A stretch of DNA of 64,000 bases from Somniosus microcephalus (taxonomy: Eukaryota), in NCBI GenBank assembly GCA_052327205.1, contig CM126208.1, positions 53,382,001 to 53,446,000 on the forward strand, written 5' to 3'. The notes below the pieces were generated by a model. The model saw only the letters and a list, made by a program, of their open reading frames with translations, ran no database searches and was not told the DNA's origin. How positions within the stretch are numbered: the first letter of the stretch is position 1; every line of letters starts with the position of its first letter. Positions 1 to 11,700 of this stretch are shown one piece after another. Both the position numbers and the translations under genes were made by a program.

Positions 1-717
1 TCCAAGCAGGCTACAACGCCAGCTTGTGTGGTCTGTGACTCATCGTGCGCCTCAGGCTGAGGATCTTTACCCTCAGACCTGGCTTCGGTTGCTGATGTTC
101 TCGCACCCGGTTTAAACAGTTTGCACCGCTTCATGCGAAACCATTTGTTGCATCGGGACACCTCCACTGTGCGAGTGCCGTAGACCGGTGGATTTTCCAC
201 CGATTCCGGTCTATCCTCCTGGTCTACGGTTCTCTCGCCAGCGCATAGGGTTAGACCCTAGAATTTTACTTCTCGCCGGCCAACCCGCGCCTTCGTAGGG
301 GTTTCCTTAACGCTCTCTATCTCCTTCACACTCGTACCCGCTCCCTAGAGACAATGATTTCTTAGGTCCACGTGGATCCCGTGGGCTACCAAGAAATCAG
401 ACCCCAGGACTCCCGTTCCACCTCCCACCTCCCACTTCATTAGGGTACACTTCCACGTGGTGCGGAGTGGTCCTAAATGAATGGAATGGGGAAGGGAATG
501 TGCGCCAGCCTGTTCTTCGCCCGTGAAGCCCGACAGAAGGTATGGGACCCCGGTGGACAGGCAAGGCGGTGGGGTTATCTGCGTGGATTCCGGTGCATGA
601 TGCTCCCGTATCCAACAGGTAGGTTCCCTTCACCTCCTCCACCTCCATCTCCATGAGGGGTCGTCTCCATACATCATATCACAGCGCACACAGGTAGACG
701 GGCTGCACCGACTCTAG
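1..717 (-). pseudogene. pol: Protease plus collapsed pol remnant
   Basis: In frame after the gag TGA: LESVQPVYLCAL*YDVWRRPLMEMEVEEVKGTYLLDTGAS. A 7-bp duplication (gggaggt) near 425-437 shifts the frame to VLGSDFLVAHGIHVDL. Then GRREVKF*GLTL (RT-like) and KWFRMKRCKLF (integrase C-terminal-like). Confidence 0.75.
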
Positions 718-2550
718 TCACTTGGGTACAGCGATCGGGGTTTCGGGAGCGACAAGGCCGGTGGTGACAGCTATTTTCCCCTGCGAAGTCATCAGAGACC
801 GCATTGTCTCTATGATTGATTCAATCGCAGCGGGATTCATAACTGCACCAGCTCCTTGTGCTGGGACAGGAGCTACGGCTTGGGTTTTGGCTGGTGCTGG
901 GGCGGCGGTCCCTTGACTATCCTTCCACGGATTTCTACAGTCCTTGCGCCAATGTCCATCCTTCCCACACCCGTAGCAATTGAGCTTGGCTTGGACAGGG
1001 CAATTCCCCTCCTGACGCCACTCCTTCTTGCTTGGGGCTGCGGGTTTTGCCTCATGCACCTTTCCCTTCTGGGGAGGTGTTTCCTGACCTCTACAATTCT
1101 TGTACGCTACATTAAGCTGACGGAGTACCGTCTCCTCCATGACGCCGGGACCTTGGGGATCGAACCAAGATCTGGCTGGGGCCCGTATCTCTGGCAAGCT
1201 GTTGGTAACCAAGCAACGGAGCCAATTAACCCGCTGTTCTTTGCTCATTATAGCCCGTTCAGGCACACCCGGACAGCTGCGTCGATACACTGGCCACAGC
1301 CTTTCTGCGAAAACCCGTGGGGGTTCTCCAGATAGCTGCACGGTCCCTTCTACACGGTCGAATGGACTACCGTCGTCCACTCCCATTACTTCTAAAACTT
1401 CCTCCCTGAGATCCGCATACCCTTTCCGTCCCCTCTTACCATCCTCTGAGAGGCACTGAAAGATTGTGGAATCCAGGGAGAAAAGCAAGTTTGACCTGTT
1501 CCTGATCATCACAGTCATTGATGGCTGCTGTTTCCTCTATCTCCCTGAAATGAATCGAGGGATCTCCCTTTACTGTGAGTCATGCGAGGTGGCTCACCAT
1601 GGACCTTAATTGCGGGCCAGCGTAGGGCACCACGAGCTGGTTCTGGTGGGGTCCGATACTGCCATCGGCAGCGTTGGGACCGAACCTCTGGTGCCGAGCG
1701 GGACACATTGGTGCCGGTCCCGGCTTTGTGACCAGTGGTTCTTCCACACACTCCACCTCGGCTACCTCCTCTTTCACTACCCCCTTATTTTCCGGCCAAG
1801 TCTCACTATAGCTCAGTGGTGCTGAGTGCTCAGTGGCTGGTACCACAATTACCTCAGCTGGAATCGGCTGTTTTAATTCCTTTAAAAAGTCCATGTGACT
1901 AGCTTTCGGGCTGACGAGACACACCATGCCTTTTGCCTTTACCAGGGCCGTTCTTAGGTCCTCTATGGTCTTTTGGCAGGGGCCGTGGTCTGTGCTCTCA
2001 AACCCGTGCTCAAGGGCTAGCTTGTAAGCTGCCTTAACCTCCACTACTCTCTCCTCCTGCGCTCTTAGCTGTTGTGCGAGGCGGGCGTTTGTCTCCCGTA
2101 TCCTCATTTCATTGATCTTTGCCTCAGTAACCTGGCACTCCAGGTACTCTATCCTGGCCTGATGTTGACTAGCTTCCACTTGGCATTCCAGATTCAGCGT
2201 GTGAAGCGCTGTGATGAGTTTTTCCCCACCCATGGCCTTTTCCTCTATCTCTGCTGCCTGGGTTGTGATCTTGGCTGCATGTGCTGCAACGACGCGGTCC
2301 AAGATCTGGACCTGCTTCTTGTAACACATCAGCCACACTGCCTTTTCCACTGACTTCTTATGCTCTTTGCTCTCTGTCCACCTGATGGCTGCGTCCACCG
2401 GACGCCCATCCAGTAAGAGATCGGAAATCCACTGTTTAGTGAGATTTACCTTGCCAAAGTCGCTATCCTCTCATCCATTGCATTTCGACCATTCAAACTT
2501 GGATCTACTACATTGCAATCCTGCTGCCAGATTCCTGCCGCGGTCACCAT
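718..2550 (-). pseudogene. gag: gag (coiled-coil N-terminus, capsid-like region, one CCHC zinc knuckle), disrupted
   Basis: ORFs 1580-2398 and 718-1518 are joined through an in-frame TGA at 1580 and a frameshift near 1490; the upstream start is approximate. Confidence 0.8.
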
Positions 2551-2693
2551 TTTCTGTAAGGGGTTTTCCTTGAGAGATTTCCCTGAGGTTTCTCTCTCTA
2601 GAGGCCTCTCTCTCTTGCACAGTAAAACCTTGAGTGGTTCGACCCACTCGCCCCTTAGATTCTATACTCTGGAGTTAGGGGCAGGAACTACAA

Positions 2694-4074
2694 TGTAGAG
2701 AAAACTCTTGTAGACCAAGTTTGATGAAACAAAATGAAATTTTATTGCATAAGGAAAAATATCAAATCAAATGCAAGCAGATAAGGGAGTACATGGGAGG
2801 GAAAAACACACAAACAAATCATAACGACACAGTACTAACTAAGGCAAATACAGGCAACTTATACTCTACAAAGATCATCATGAAATAAGGAAACACACGG
2901 AACATCGAGGGACAACAACTCATGTTAATTGTACCCTTAAATCCACCCCCTTATTAAACCTATCTAGATCTGATTGTGAAGGGCCAGAAACATGCTCACC
3001 AATCCCACTAGGAAGTGCAAGGTTTTGAAAATCGAGTCTGTGTTTGGTCCTTTCAGGCGTTTCGTCTCCACGTGGATCGTGGAGTCCCTGCGAGCTGCGC
3101 CACACCTCTCTCCTGATGTGGGGGTCAGAGGCAGCTGGACACCGGTGGGCCTGGATGTCGGCGGGGTCGAGGATCGTCGGCTCGACCCTGGTCAGAGGAG
3201 CCTTGGGCTGGCTCCCATCGCTTCTTCAGTTTCCTTTTATCTCTTCTCCCGAGCCGGGGTGGCTGGAAGGTTTCTTCTCTTGGGATTTTATTTTTTTGTT
3301 TCTTCTCCCAAGTTGGGTCGATGGCCTCTCGTTCCGGCAACGGCCCGGGGATGGTCGATGATTTCCCGATGTGTTTCCCCGGGGCGGGACGCCGGCTTTG
3401 AGACGACCTTCTCGATGTTGGCTTTCTTCTTCCTCCTGCGAGTGCCTGCTTCTTCTTCTGGCTGTGATTCAAATTCTCCTCAAGCTGCGTGTCTCTTCAA
3501 GCTTCCCCCAACTGCCGAAAAGTCTTCCAGATATACCTTTCTTCCAGAAAATTCCGTCTCCCGCCCAAAATCAGGTTAGTCTTTGTTTTACTTTTGGCGG
3601 GCTGGGAGCACAGCGGGGTAGTTATATTTTTTAATGTTTTCGATGGCTGGTAAAGGCCCATCTCTGGTCTGGAATGACCTTCATTGTTTTTAATGTCCTG
3701 CTGATCTCGTTATCTAGTCCTGGGTGCTGTTCTCATGAATAAGAAATTGTCCCCTTTTGTCTGGGTCAACATTTTGATGGCCTCTGTCTCCAGGCCGATC
3801 TTGACTGGATCTGCATCTAATCCATATGCACACGTGTGGGTTTGGTTTTGTTCTCTCAGAAACGCCGTCCAGAACTTGCTGTGGGTTGAATCCACAAAGC
3901 TGTCTGAGGTTGCGCAGGAACCATTTTAAAGTGTCCCAATAAGCTGGTCACATGGTATGGTGGTCATTTTGTATGCCCCTTTTTCTGGGCTTCTTTTAAA
4001 ACAGTCTTTAAAATCACGGCCTCTTCTGCCATTTGACCCTTATTAATATAAAGTCCAATTTTGCGAATCCTACA
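2694..4074 (-). repeat. 5' LTR (about 1381 bp)
   Basis: Minus strand starts TGTAGGATT at 4074 and ends TCTCTACA at 2694; AATAAA on the minus strand near 2741-2746; abuts a SINE at 4075. The second LTR is outside the window, so the boundaries are inferred. Confidence 0.65.
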
Positions 4075-4535
4075 GCACTATTCGAAGCAGAGCAGGGGGG
4101 GTTCTCACAGGTGACCTGACCAATATTTCTCCCTCAATCTATCACTAAAACAGATGATCTGGTCATTATCACTCTGCTGTTTGTGGGAGCTTGCTGTGTG
4201 TAAGTTGGCTGCCGTGTTTCCTACATTATAACAGTGACTACACTTCAAAAGTATTTTATTGGCTGTAAAGTGCTTTGGGACATTCTGAGGTTGTGACCAG
4301 GGAGAACTCCCCTGCTCTTCTTCGAAATAGTGCCATGGGATCATTTACATCCACCTGAGGACAGACGGGGCCTTGAGTTAACATGTTATCCAAAAGATGC
4401 TACCTCCAACAGTGCAGCATTCCCTCAGTACTACACTGGAGTCTCAGCCTAGATTTTAGGCTGAAGTCTCACGTGGGACTTGAGCTCGCAACCAGCTCAC
4501 TCAGAGGTGAGTGCTGCCAGCTGAGCCACAGCTGA
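4075..4535. mobile_element. Two tail-to-tail partial Deu-domain SINEs (SacSINE1/AmnSINE1-like)
   Basis: Motif gcactatttcgaagaagagcaggggagttctcc occurs on both strands; tRNA-like head on the minus strand near 4535. Confidence 0.75.
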
Positions 4536-5289
4536 TACAAAGTACAGTGCAAGAAATGTGAAGTACCTGTAACAGACCAGGTATCAACCCAGTGTAACAT
4601 TTAAGATTAGTGGAAATTAGGCCTAGTTTAAACATCAGGGAGTATAGTTTCCGCTTTGGGCAGGATCGGCAATCTGGGCACAAATTTTGCTTGAAATTGC
4701 GCTGGTTTTACCAAAGTGAAGTTATGGTTCAAGTTTCCGCACAAACTCATTTGCATAATCACAAATGTAAATCTTCCATGAACAAGGCTGCGTAATAGAA
4801 CGTAATTGGATTTATTTTTCTTGGCATTAAAAAATATTACTTGATGTATTTAAGAGTGGCAATGTGGTGCAGTTTATTAATACAGTTGAAATTGGGTTTA
4901 TCACCAAAAAATAAGCATTATTAATAAGAGTGTCTCGTCCACCGCCTTTGAGTAACCTGATTTTAAATCATGGAAGATGACTTTTAAAAAAAAACTAACT
5001 GAACCATTTACTAGCTTTATTGATGTACACTAGTCAGTTTAATGTGCCTACGAGTGCCTTTGCGCCTAAAAACACAAGCTTAATTTGAAGAGCCTCCTTG
5101 AATGGTCGCAAACGGGCACTTTCCGCAGAAACCTGCCACGTTCAATATTTCGATCTGGGGGCATTTTGTGAGCGGGGCCGGCTTCCAGCACAATGTTTTT
5201 TTAACCAGTGTTAAAGATCGCGGGAACTTTCCTCAATCTTCCCTTTTACCTACAATCTACAATATTTTAAAATCTAAATTTGGCATTAC

Positions 5290-5370
5290 CTAACCATTAG
5301 TTATTGTTTTGCTTCATCTTCCCTGCTCTATGGGGTGTTGAAACTCGCAAATGTAAATTCTCAATTCGGG
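5290..5370 (-). pseudogene. Pseudo-exon RIENLHLRVSTPHRAGKMKQNNN*WL(G)
   Basis: Donor G|gtaatg. Phase 1 matches a putative next exon at about 4567-4622 (GLISTNLKCYTGLIPGLLQ). The acceptor is replaced by a CR1 tail. Confidence 0.4.
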
Positions 5371-5499
5371 AACATAAGAACATAAGAATTAGGAGCAGGA
5401 GTAGGCCACACGCCCCTCAAGCCTGCTCTGCCATTCAGTAAGATCATGGCTGATCTTCGACCTCAACTCCACCTTCCCACGCGATCCCCATATCCCTTG
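5371..5499 (-). mobile_element. CR1/HER1 LINE 3' tail
   Basis: (aacataag)n tail followed by gagcaggagtaggcc 3' UTR motif. Confidence 0.8.
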
Positions 5500-5831
5500 C
5501 TTACCTATCTGCAACTACAAGTAGAAATCATAGAATAGTATAGCACAGCAGGAGACCATTTGGCCCATCGAGTCTGCACTGGCTCTTTCGAAGAGCAATC
5601 CAGTTAGTCCCACTCCCCTGCTCTTTCTCCATATCCCTGCAAGTATTTATCCAATTCCCTTTTGAAGGCTACTATTGAATCTGTTTCCACCACCCTATCA
5701 GGCAATGCATTCCAAATCCTAACCACTCGTTGTGTAAAAAGGTTTTCCCTCATGTCACCTCTGGTTCTTTTGCCAATCACCTTAAATCTGTGCCCTCTGG
5801 TTATCAATCCTTCAGCCATTGGAAACAGTTT

Positions 5832-6507
5832 GGGGGGAAAATTCAGTTGTTTGTGCCTCCCGTTAGCGCCTTAAGAGGACGCTAATGGGGCGCAAAGCAA
5901 CTAGCGCCTGGGCGCGGCGATGTTTGCGCCACTTGCAAAATTGACTAGACATTTTGCGGCGGCGCTAAACACAACCACCACGATCTCCTGCGTCGGCAGA
6001 TTGTGACGTCAGTCGACTGCGCAATGCCCCAGTAGTGCCCCGGACCGGATATTGAGTGGCGCCCCCTGCCTTACCGCCTGCCGCTAGCAACGACAGGTTG
6101 AGGGGAGCCTTTTGCAGTCAGAAAGGGACTGGGGGAGTGCTATTTAAAGGGGACTGCTTCCTGCCTTTTTTTGTTGGTGACATTTTTGCACCATGCATTC
6201 TGAGAGAGAGAGAGAGAGGCTTCTGGAGAGATTCAATGCTGTGTGAAGGGGTTTTGGGTACTAAGCAGCACTTTGCAGGTTCATTTTGATTTGCCCTTCC
6301 TTGCTTCGCCAGCGCTCTGAGGTAGCGCCTCGCTCCTCGGCCTTTGCTCCTTAAGACAGGTGTGAAGCGCCTGATTTAGTGCTCCAATCACCTCCAGGGG
6401 CGATAAAAGCCAAGTTTGCCGTCGGAGGTGATAATTAGCGCCAGGCGCTAAACTTTGCGCCCGGCCGATAATGGCGCCCCAAATGGGGCGATACTGAATT
6501 TTTCCCC
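5832..6507. mobile_element. Harbinger-type MITE inside the CR1
   Basis: Termini GGGGAAAATTCAG / CTGAATTTTTCCCC; many GCGCC subterminal motifs; the CR1 resumes on both sides. Confidence 0.75.
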
Positions 6508-7322
6508 TCTTCTCTTTATTTACTCTATCTAAACCTTTCATGATTTTAAACACCTCAATTAAATCTCCTCTTAGCCTTTACTGCTCTAAAGCGGAACAAC
6601 CCCAGCTTCTCCAATCTATCCACCTAACTGAATCCCTCATCCCTGGAAGCATTCTAGTAAATCTCTTCAGCACCCTCTTGAAAGCCTTCACATCCTTCCT
6701 AAAGTGTGGTGCCCAGAATTGGACACAATACTCCAGCTGAGGTCGAACTAGTGGTTTATATAGATTTAGCATAATTTCCTGGCTTTTGTACTCTATGCCT
6801 CTATTTATAAAGCTTATGTAATACCCACTGGAAATGTTATGTATGCTAAGTATGGTTATCAATCTTTAACTTAGACACTGTATTATCATTGTTATAAATC
6901 CCTGGGTTAAAGTTGCCCATGTGAAGGTACGGCAAGAACTTTTAAGGACACAATGTGACTAAGAGCAGACTTTCCATAATTCTGCACCAGTATCAACTGT
7001 TGCAGACAGTGAGGCTGCACAGTCTCCAGGCAGAAACCCCAGGAGGAAGGGGTGGAGTCGGGTTTTTCGAGCGGGAAGAAAAGAGCGACTGGAAGAAAAG
7101 AGGGCAGGAGCTCTGAAAAGAGGGCTCAGGAGGCAAATGGCTGCCACATCCCGTCCCGGGCTTCCAAACTCAGCCGCCGCCCTTCGTATTAGTAGCTCTG
7201 CATCCAGAACTCAAAGTGGGATTCAGTGATCGTGAAGAGAATTCAACGAAGGGGTTCGGAGTCGTAAGTCTTGCAGACATTATACATACCATGAGCTCCA
7301 ACTTAAGCGCGCCAACGAAAGA

Positions 7323-7581
7323 GTGCACTCGAATTTGGACACAGGGACAGATTCTCCTTTGAATCCATATAAATGGAGAATGTATGTTTATTATGTCTAG
7401 ATTCATTCTAACGTATGCAAATGTCTAATTTAGGTCATTGACCCGTAATCTTCTTATATGGGTCAATGACCTAAATTAGACATTTGCATATGTTAGAATG
7501 AATCTAGACATAATAAACATACATTCTCCATTTATATGGATTCAAAGGAGAATCTGTCCCTGTGTCCAAATTCGAGTGCAC
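7323..7581. repeat. Near-perfect inverted repeat (about 122-bp arms, about 15-bp spacer)
   Basis: gtgcactcgaatttggacac...ggtcattgaccc mirrored by gggtcaatgacc...gtgtccaaattcgagtgcac. Confidence 0.95.
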
Positions 7582-7955
7582 CAACCTGCCCTTCGAGGCT
7601 CAGGGATACCGTAAGCCCCGTATGTTCTCAGGAGTGAGACCAACTCCCAGTGGGGAAGAGGAGTACGACGCCTGGGCTGAGCAGACCCTGCCTCTGCTAG
7701 AGGAATGGCAGTGCAGTGACAATGTGAAGAGGCAGAGAATAGTAGGAAGCCTTAAGGGTCCTGCTGCTGACATTGTAAGATTCTTAAAGGCGCAGAACAC
7801 CTCTGCTACTTCCTTTGACTACATGCAGGCTCTAGAAACTGCCTTTGGAACTACTGAAACCATTTCAGATTTGATGGTCAGATTCAGAAGCACATTCCAG
7901 TGTGAGGGAGAGAAGCTGTCCAGTTATCTGCTGAGAATAGACAAACTGCTGCATT

Positions 7956-8315
7956 CACAGAATCACAGAATCACAGAATCCCCACAGTGCAGATAGAGGC
8001 CATTTCGACCCATCGAGCCTGCACCGACACATGTCCCACCCGATCCCCGTAACCCCTACACCAACACATATGCCACCCTATCCCCGTAACCCAACGTATT
8101 TAATCCCCCTAACACTAAGGGTCAATTTATCATAGCCAATCAACCTAACCCGCACATCTTTGGACTATGGGAGGAAACCGGAGCACCCGGAGAAAACCCA
8201 CGCAAACACGGGGAGAATGTGCAAACTCCACACAGACAGTCACCCGAGGCCGGATTCGAACCCGGGTCCCTGGCGCTGTGAGGCAACAGTGCTAACCACT
8301 ATGCCACCGTGCTGC
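7956..8315 (-). mobile_element. HE1-type V-SINE inserted in the PNMA-like gag
   Basis: tRNA-like head (GGTGGCATAGTGGTTAGC...GGTTCGAATCC), CR1-type tail (cacagaat)n, duplicated tgctgcatt at 7947-7955 and 8310-8318. Confidence 0.9.
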
Positions 8316-9932
8316 ATTGTATGTTACGGAAAAGAGGGATTGAGTTGCCTGAAATGAATCGGTTCCGCATTGAACAGGTTGTGCGAGGTGCATTGCTCGA
8401 AGACGTGACTGCTCTTCGCATACGCATGACCCATAAGTTGCGAGATCCACCTACCTTCACTGAGCTGCTAAGGGAAGTCAGAGAGGAGGAGGATATGCTT
8501 CAGGCCTGGAATGTAGCAAAGAGTGCTGTGATGTCCAAGCTTGTGACTCCTGTTACAGCTCCTACTCCTAAGGGTGATGTCAACCCTGAGATGGAACAGC
8601 TGAAGAAGGAAATAAATGTCATGAGAGCCGAGATGGCATATTTTCGGTCTAAGCCCAACACAGAAAGGGATGACGCACGGGTGCAAAAGGTTGAACACCC
8701 TGCGAAGTCTAACAGCAAAATGAATGATTCCTCTAAAGGATATCCCCATGAAAGAGATAGACCTGGAGTCTTTTGTTATAACTGTGGAAAGGATGGACAT
8801 TTCAAGCGAGAATGTAGAGGTGAGGAAAATCTAAAAAAAGTAAATGACCGTCTCATAAAACTTACCAAGAAGTCGGGAAACTACACTTAGGATCCGATAT
8901 GCTTTATTAACTGATTTGTTATCCTGCCCTGTCACCTTCAAAGATTTGTGCACAAACACCCCAAGGTTCCTCTCTTCTTGCATCCCCTTTAAAATTGCAC
9001 CATTTAGCTTGTATTGTCTCCCCTCGTTCTTCCTCACACTTTTCTGCATTGAATTCCATCTGCCATGTGTTCGCCAATTTCACCAGCCTGTCTATGTCCC
9101 CTCGAAGTCCATTACCATCTTTCTCACTGTTTACTACACTTCCAAGTTTCGGGTCATCTGCAAATTTCAAAATTGTGCCCTGTAGCCCAAGTCCAAGTCA
9201 TTAATGCATATCAAAAACAGCAGTGGTCCTGGTACTGAACCCTGGGGAACTCCACCGTATATCTCCCTCCAGTCCGAAAAACAGGCATTAACCACAACTC
9301 TCTGTTTTCTATCCCTCAGCAAATGTTGTATCCATGCTGCTACTGCCCCTTTTATCTCATGGGCTTCAATTTTGCTAACAAGCTTAATATGTTGTACTTT
9401 ATGAAATGCCCTTTGAAAGTCCATATACACGACACCAACTGCACTACCATGATCCACCCTTTCTGTTACCTCATCAAAAAACTCAATAAAGTTAGTCAAC
9501 CATGATTTGCCCTTAACAAATCCATGCTGGTTCTCTTTTATTAGTCCATGCTTGTCCAAGTGGCTGTTAATTTTCTCCTGGATTATTGTTTTTAAAAACT
9601 TCCTTATCACCGACGTTAAACTGACTGGCCTGTAACCAGCAGGTCCATCCTTCTCCCATTTTTTCGAACAAGGGTGCAACGTTTTCAATCCTCCAGTCCT
9701 CTGGCACCACCCATGTATCCAAGGAAGACTGAGGCCAGCATCGCCACAACTTCCACCCCCACCTCCCTCAGCAACCTTTCAAAGTTGTGGCATAGATTTT
9801 AAGCAGAAGAAATGCTCTCAACATTGCAGAAAACCAACTATGTAACAAGGATATCTGCCACATCCTAGCTAAAGTCCAGAGTATACTCTATTTAATAAGG
9901 TGGATGATCTACATGAGCACACCAGATACAGG

Positions 9933-11700
9933 GGGCTGGATTTTCCCAACAGAGGCGGGTTCGCGGCGGGAGTGCTGGTTGGCGGGATCCGGTCCCGCTC
10001 CCAGCTGCAGCCACTCTGTCAAAAGGATTTTCTGTTAATAGGACTTGTTAAGCCCGCCTTGCGGGGGTTCCCAGCCAATTAAAATGAAGCATGTCTGATG
10101 ACATCATTTGATGACGCATTATCAGCCGGTTTCCTTAACGGGACCATGGCCACATTCATTTTGACAGTTGTGCTGTCGGTGTTCTGCAGCATTGAGGTGC
10201 TGCAAACACTGACAATCACTGCACAAAGGTGCACGGCTGCACCCAGGCTCTCGCATGACTCCCTCCATATGCTTATGGAGAGAGTCACAGCAAGCAGGGA
10301 GATTCTCTTCCCTTCCCATGGGCGGAAGAGACCTCCCCTGGACACCAACACAGCCTGGTTGCACATTGCACAGGAGGGCAAAGGCAGGGATGTCATCAGG
10401 GGTACCAGGCTGCAGTGACACCAACCTTTCAATGATCTCAGTAGATCACGAAACATTACTGCAAAGCCACACTCAACCTCACCCTGCTATGCCATTCATC
10501 ACATCCCCATCACTCTGCCTTCCCTACCCTACTCCTGCACACCCTTACTCACACCAACTTACCTTGCACCTCCACCCATCCCTCTCTATCTATATTATCA
10601 CTTCCCCATCTCACTAGCCACCCCTTACACGCACCCTCATCCTAGTCCAATCATTCCAACTAACAACACACAAGGGTAGGCACTTGGGTGACTTATGCAA
10701 TGTTCATGTAAATTTTCTGTTAATGAGTTGTCAAACATTGAAATCTTTATTTTCAACACTGCTTTATTGTACAGATCTGTGCTCACCTTTGGAAGTGTCT
10801 TAGTGAGTTGCAGTGAATGGTGAGACATAATGGTATCCCCCGCAATGGCGATTAGTGTGAAAGGAATGGCTTGGTCATTGTAGGAATGCTTTATGGTGTT
10901 GGTTGGGTTGGTGTTAACCTGGCGCATCATGTGGCAGCCAGGGTGTACAGCATCAAGTGAATAAATCTGGCCATGGTGATGCCATTGCTGGCCTCCCAGG
11001 CAGCAATGTGGTCGGGTGCTGATGCCCTGTGTCCTGTGCAGCATCAGGTGATTGCAGAGAAGGTTGGTGTTGTTGCTGGTGATGTTGGTGTTGGGGCTGA
11101 TCGTGGAGGGATTCAGAGGACCAAGGTGAGATTTTTTCAAGGACACCGATGTTGCTGGAATAGATGGCAGCTGAAGTTGAGATGACAGAAGCAATCTGTC
11201 AATGGTGAGAGAGTTTGCTCCAAGGAGGTGACAGTGGATAGAGAGTTCACTCCAAACACTTCCAAACTGCATAAAGCTCAAAAGTGTCTTCCAAGTCCTG
11301 AAGGCTCAAGCTGCTGACATTGGAAAGTGACCAGCTGTGAAATGGTAGCTTTCATACCACTTTTGCAGCTGTCACCTATTCACAGCAATGGGGAGACATA
11401 GAGAACCCGACCTACTTACCTGACGTTATCTCCAAATGACAGGAACCCTGTTAAAAATGTGGTAAAATACAAAAAGGCTGGCAAAATAGTAGTTAACAAG
11501 CACTTATCTGGTAGTTAACTATCTTAAATGCCTCACCCGCCACTTGGTGTCGGGTCTGTTCTGAAATCACAGACCTGATACTTTGGAAACTGACATTGAG
11601 GTGGGATCGCGGCGGGTTCCCAATCTGCTGTCAATCATTTCGAATTTAACAGCGGACCCGCCTATGAACCCGCCCTCTGAGCGTCGGCAAAATCGCGGCC
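9933..11700 (+). mobile_element. Non-autonomous Harbinger derivative, copy 1
   Basis: TIRs GGGCTGGATTTTCCC / GGCAAAATCGCGGCC; AGG TSD; Myb/SANT remnant APRLSHDSLHMLMERV..LFP..AWLHIAQ at about 10230-10440. Confidence 0.8.

Larger units (their letters stand above)
1..4074 (-). mobile_element. Retrovirus-like/Gypsy LTR retroelement: 5' LTR, gag, protease and internally deleted pol; runs off the left edge of the window
   Basis: LTR bounded by TGTAG...CTACA; gag with CCHC knuckle CYGCGKDGHWRKDC; protease motif LLDTGAS; RT-like and IN-like remnants downstream. Confidence 0.85.
6817..8890 (+). mobile_element. gag: Truncated Gypsy element with PNMA-like gag
   Basis: YRKPRMFSG, EEEYDAW, WQCSDNVKRQRIVGSLKGPA, PPTFTELLREVREEE and CYNCGKDGHFKREC (ORFs 7562-7996 and 8309-8890); starts with TGTAA; the CR1 continues on both sides. 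Confidence 0.85.
5526..9776 (-). mobile_element. 5'-truncated CR1 LINE (RT region) interrupted by a MITE and a Gypsy fragment
   Basis: ORF pieces 5604-5819, 6578-6862, 8919-9170 and 9167-9688 carry YRPVSLTS, QHGF, GVPQGSV, KFADD and RPQLEYC. Confidence 0.9.

Noticed and set aside
8230-8312. tRNA gene
   Set aside because: It is the tRNA-derived head of a SINE with a LINE tail and TSD.
7562-8890. Domesticated PNMA-like host gene
   Set aside because: It is 5'-truncated, SINE-interrupted and nested inside a LINE.
10637-11281. 214-aa ORF as a novel gene
   Set aside because: The frame is not preserved in the two paralogous copies and shows no recognisable motifs.
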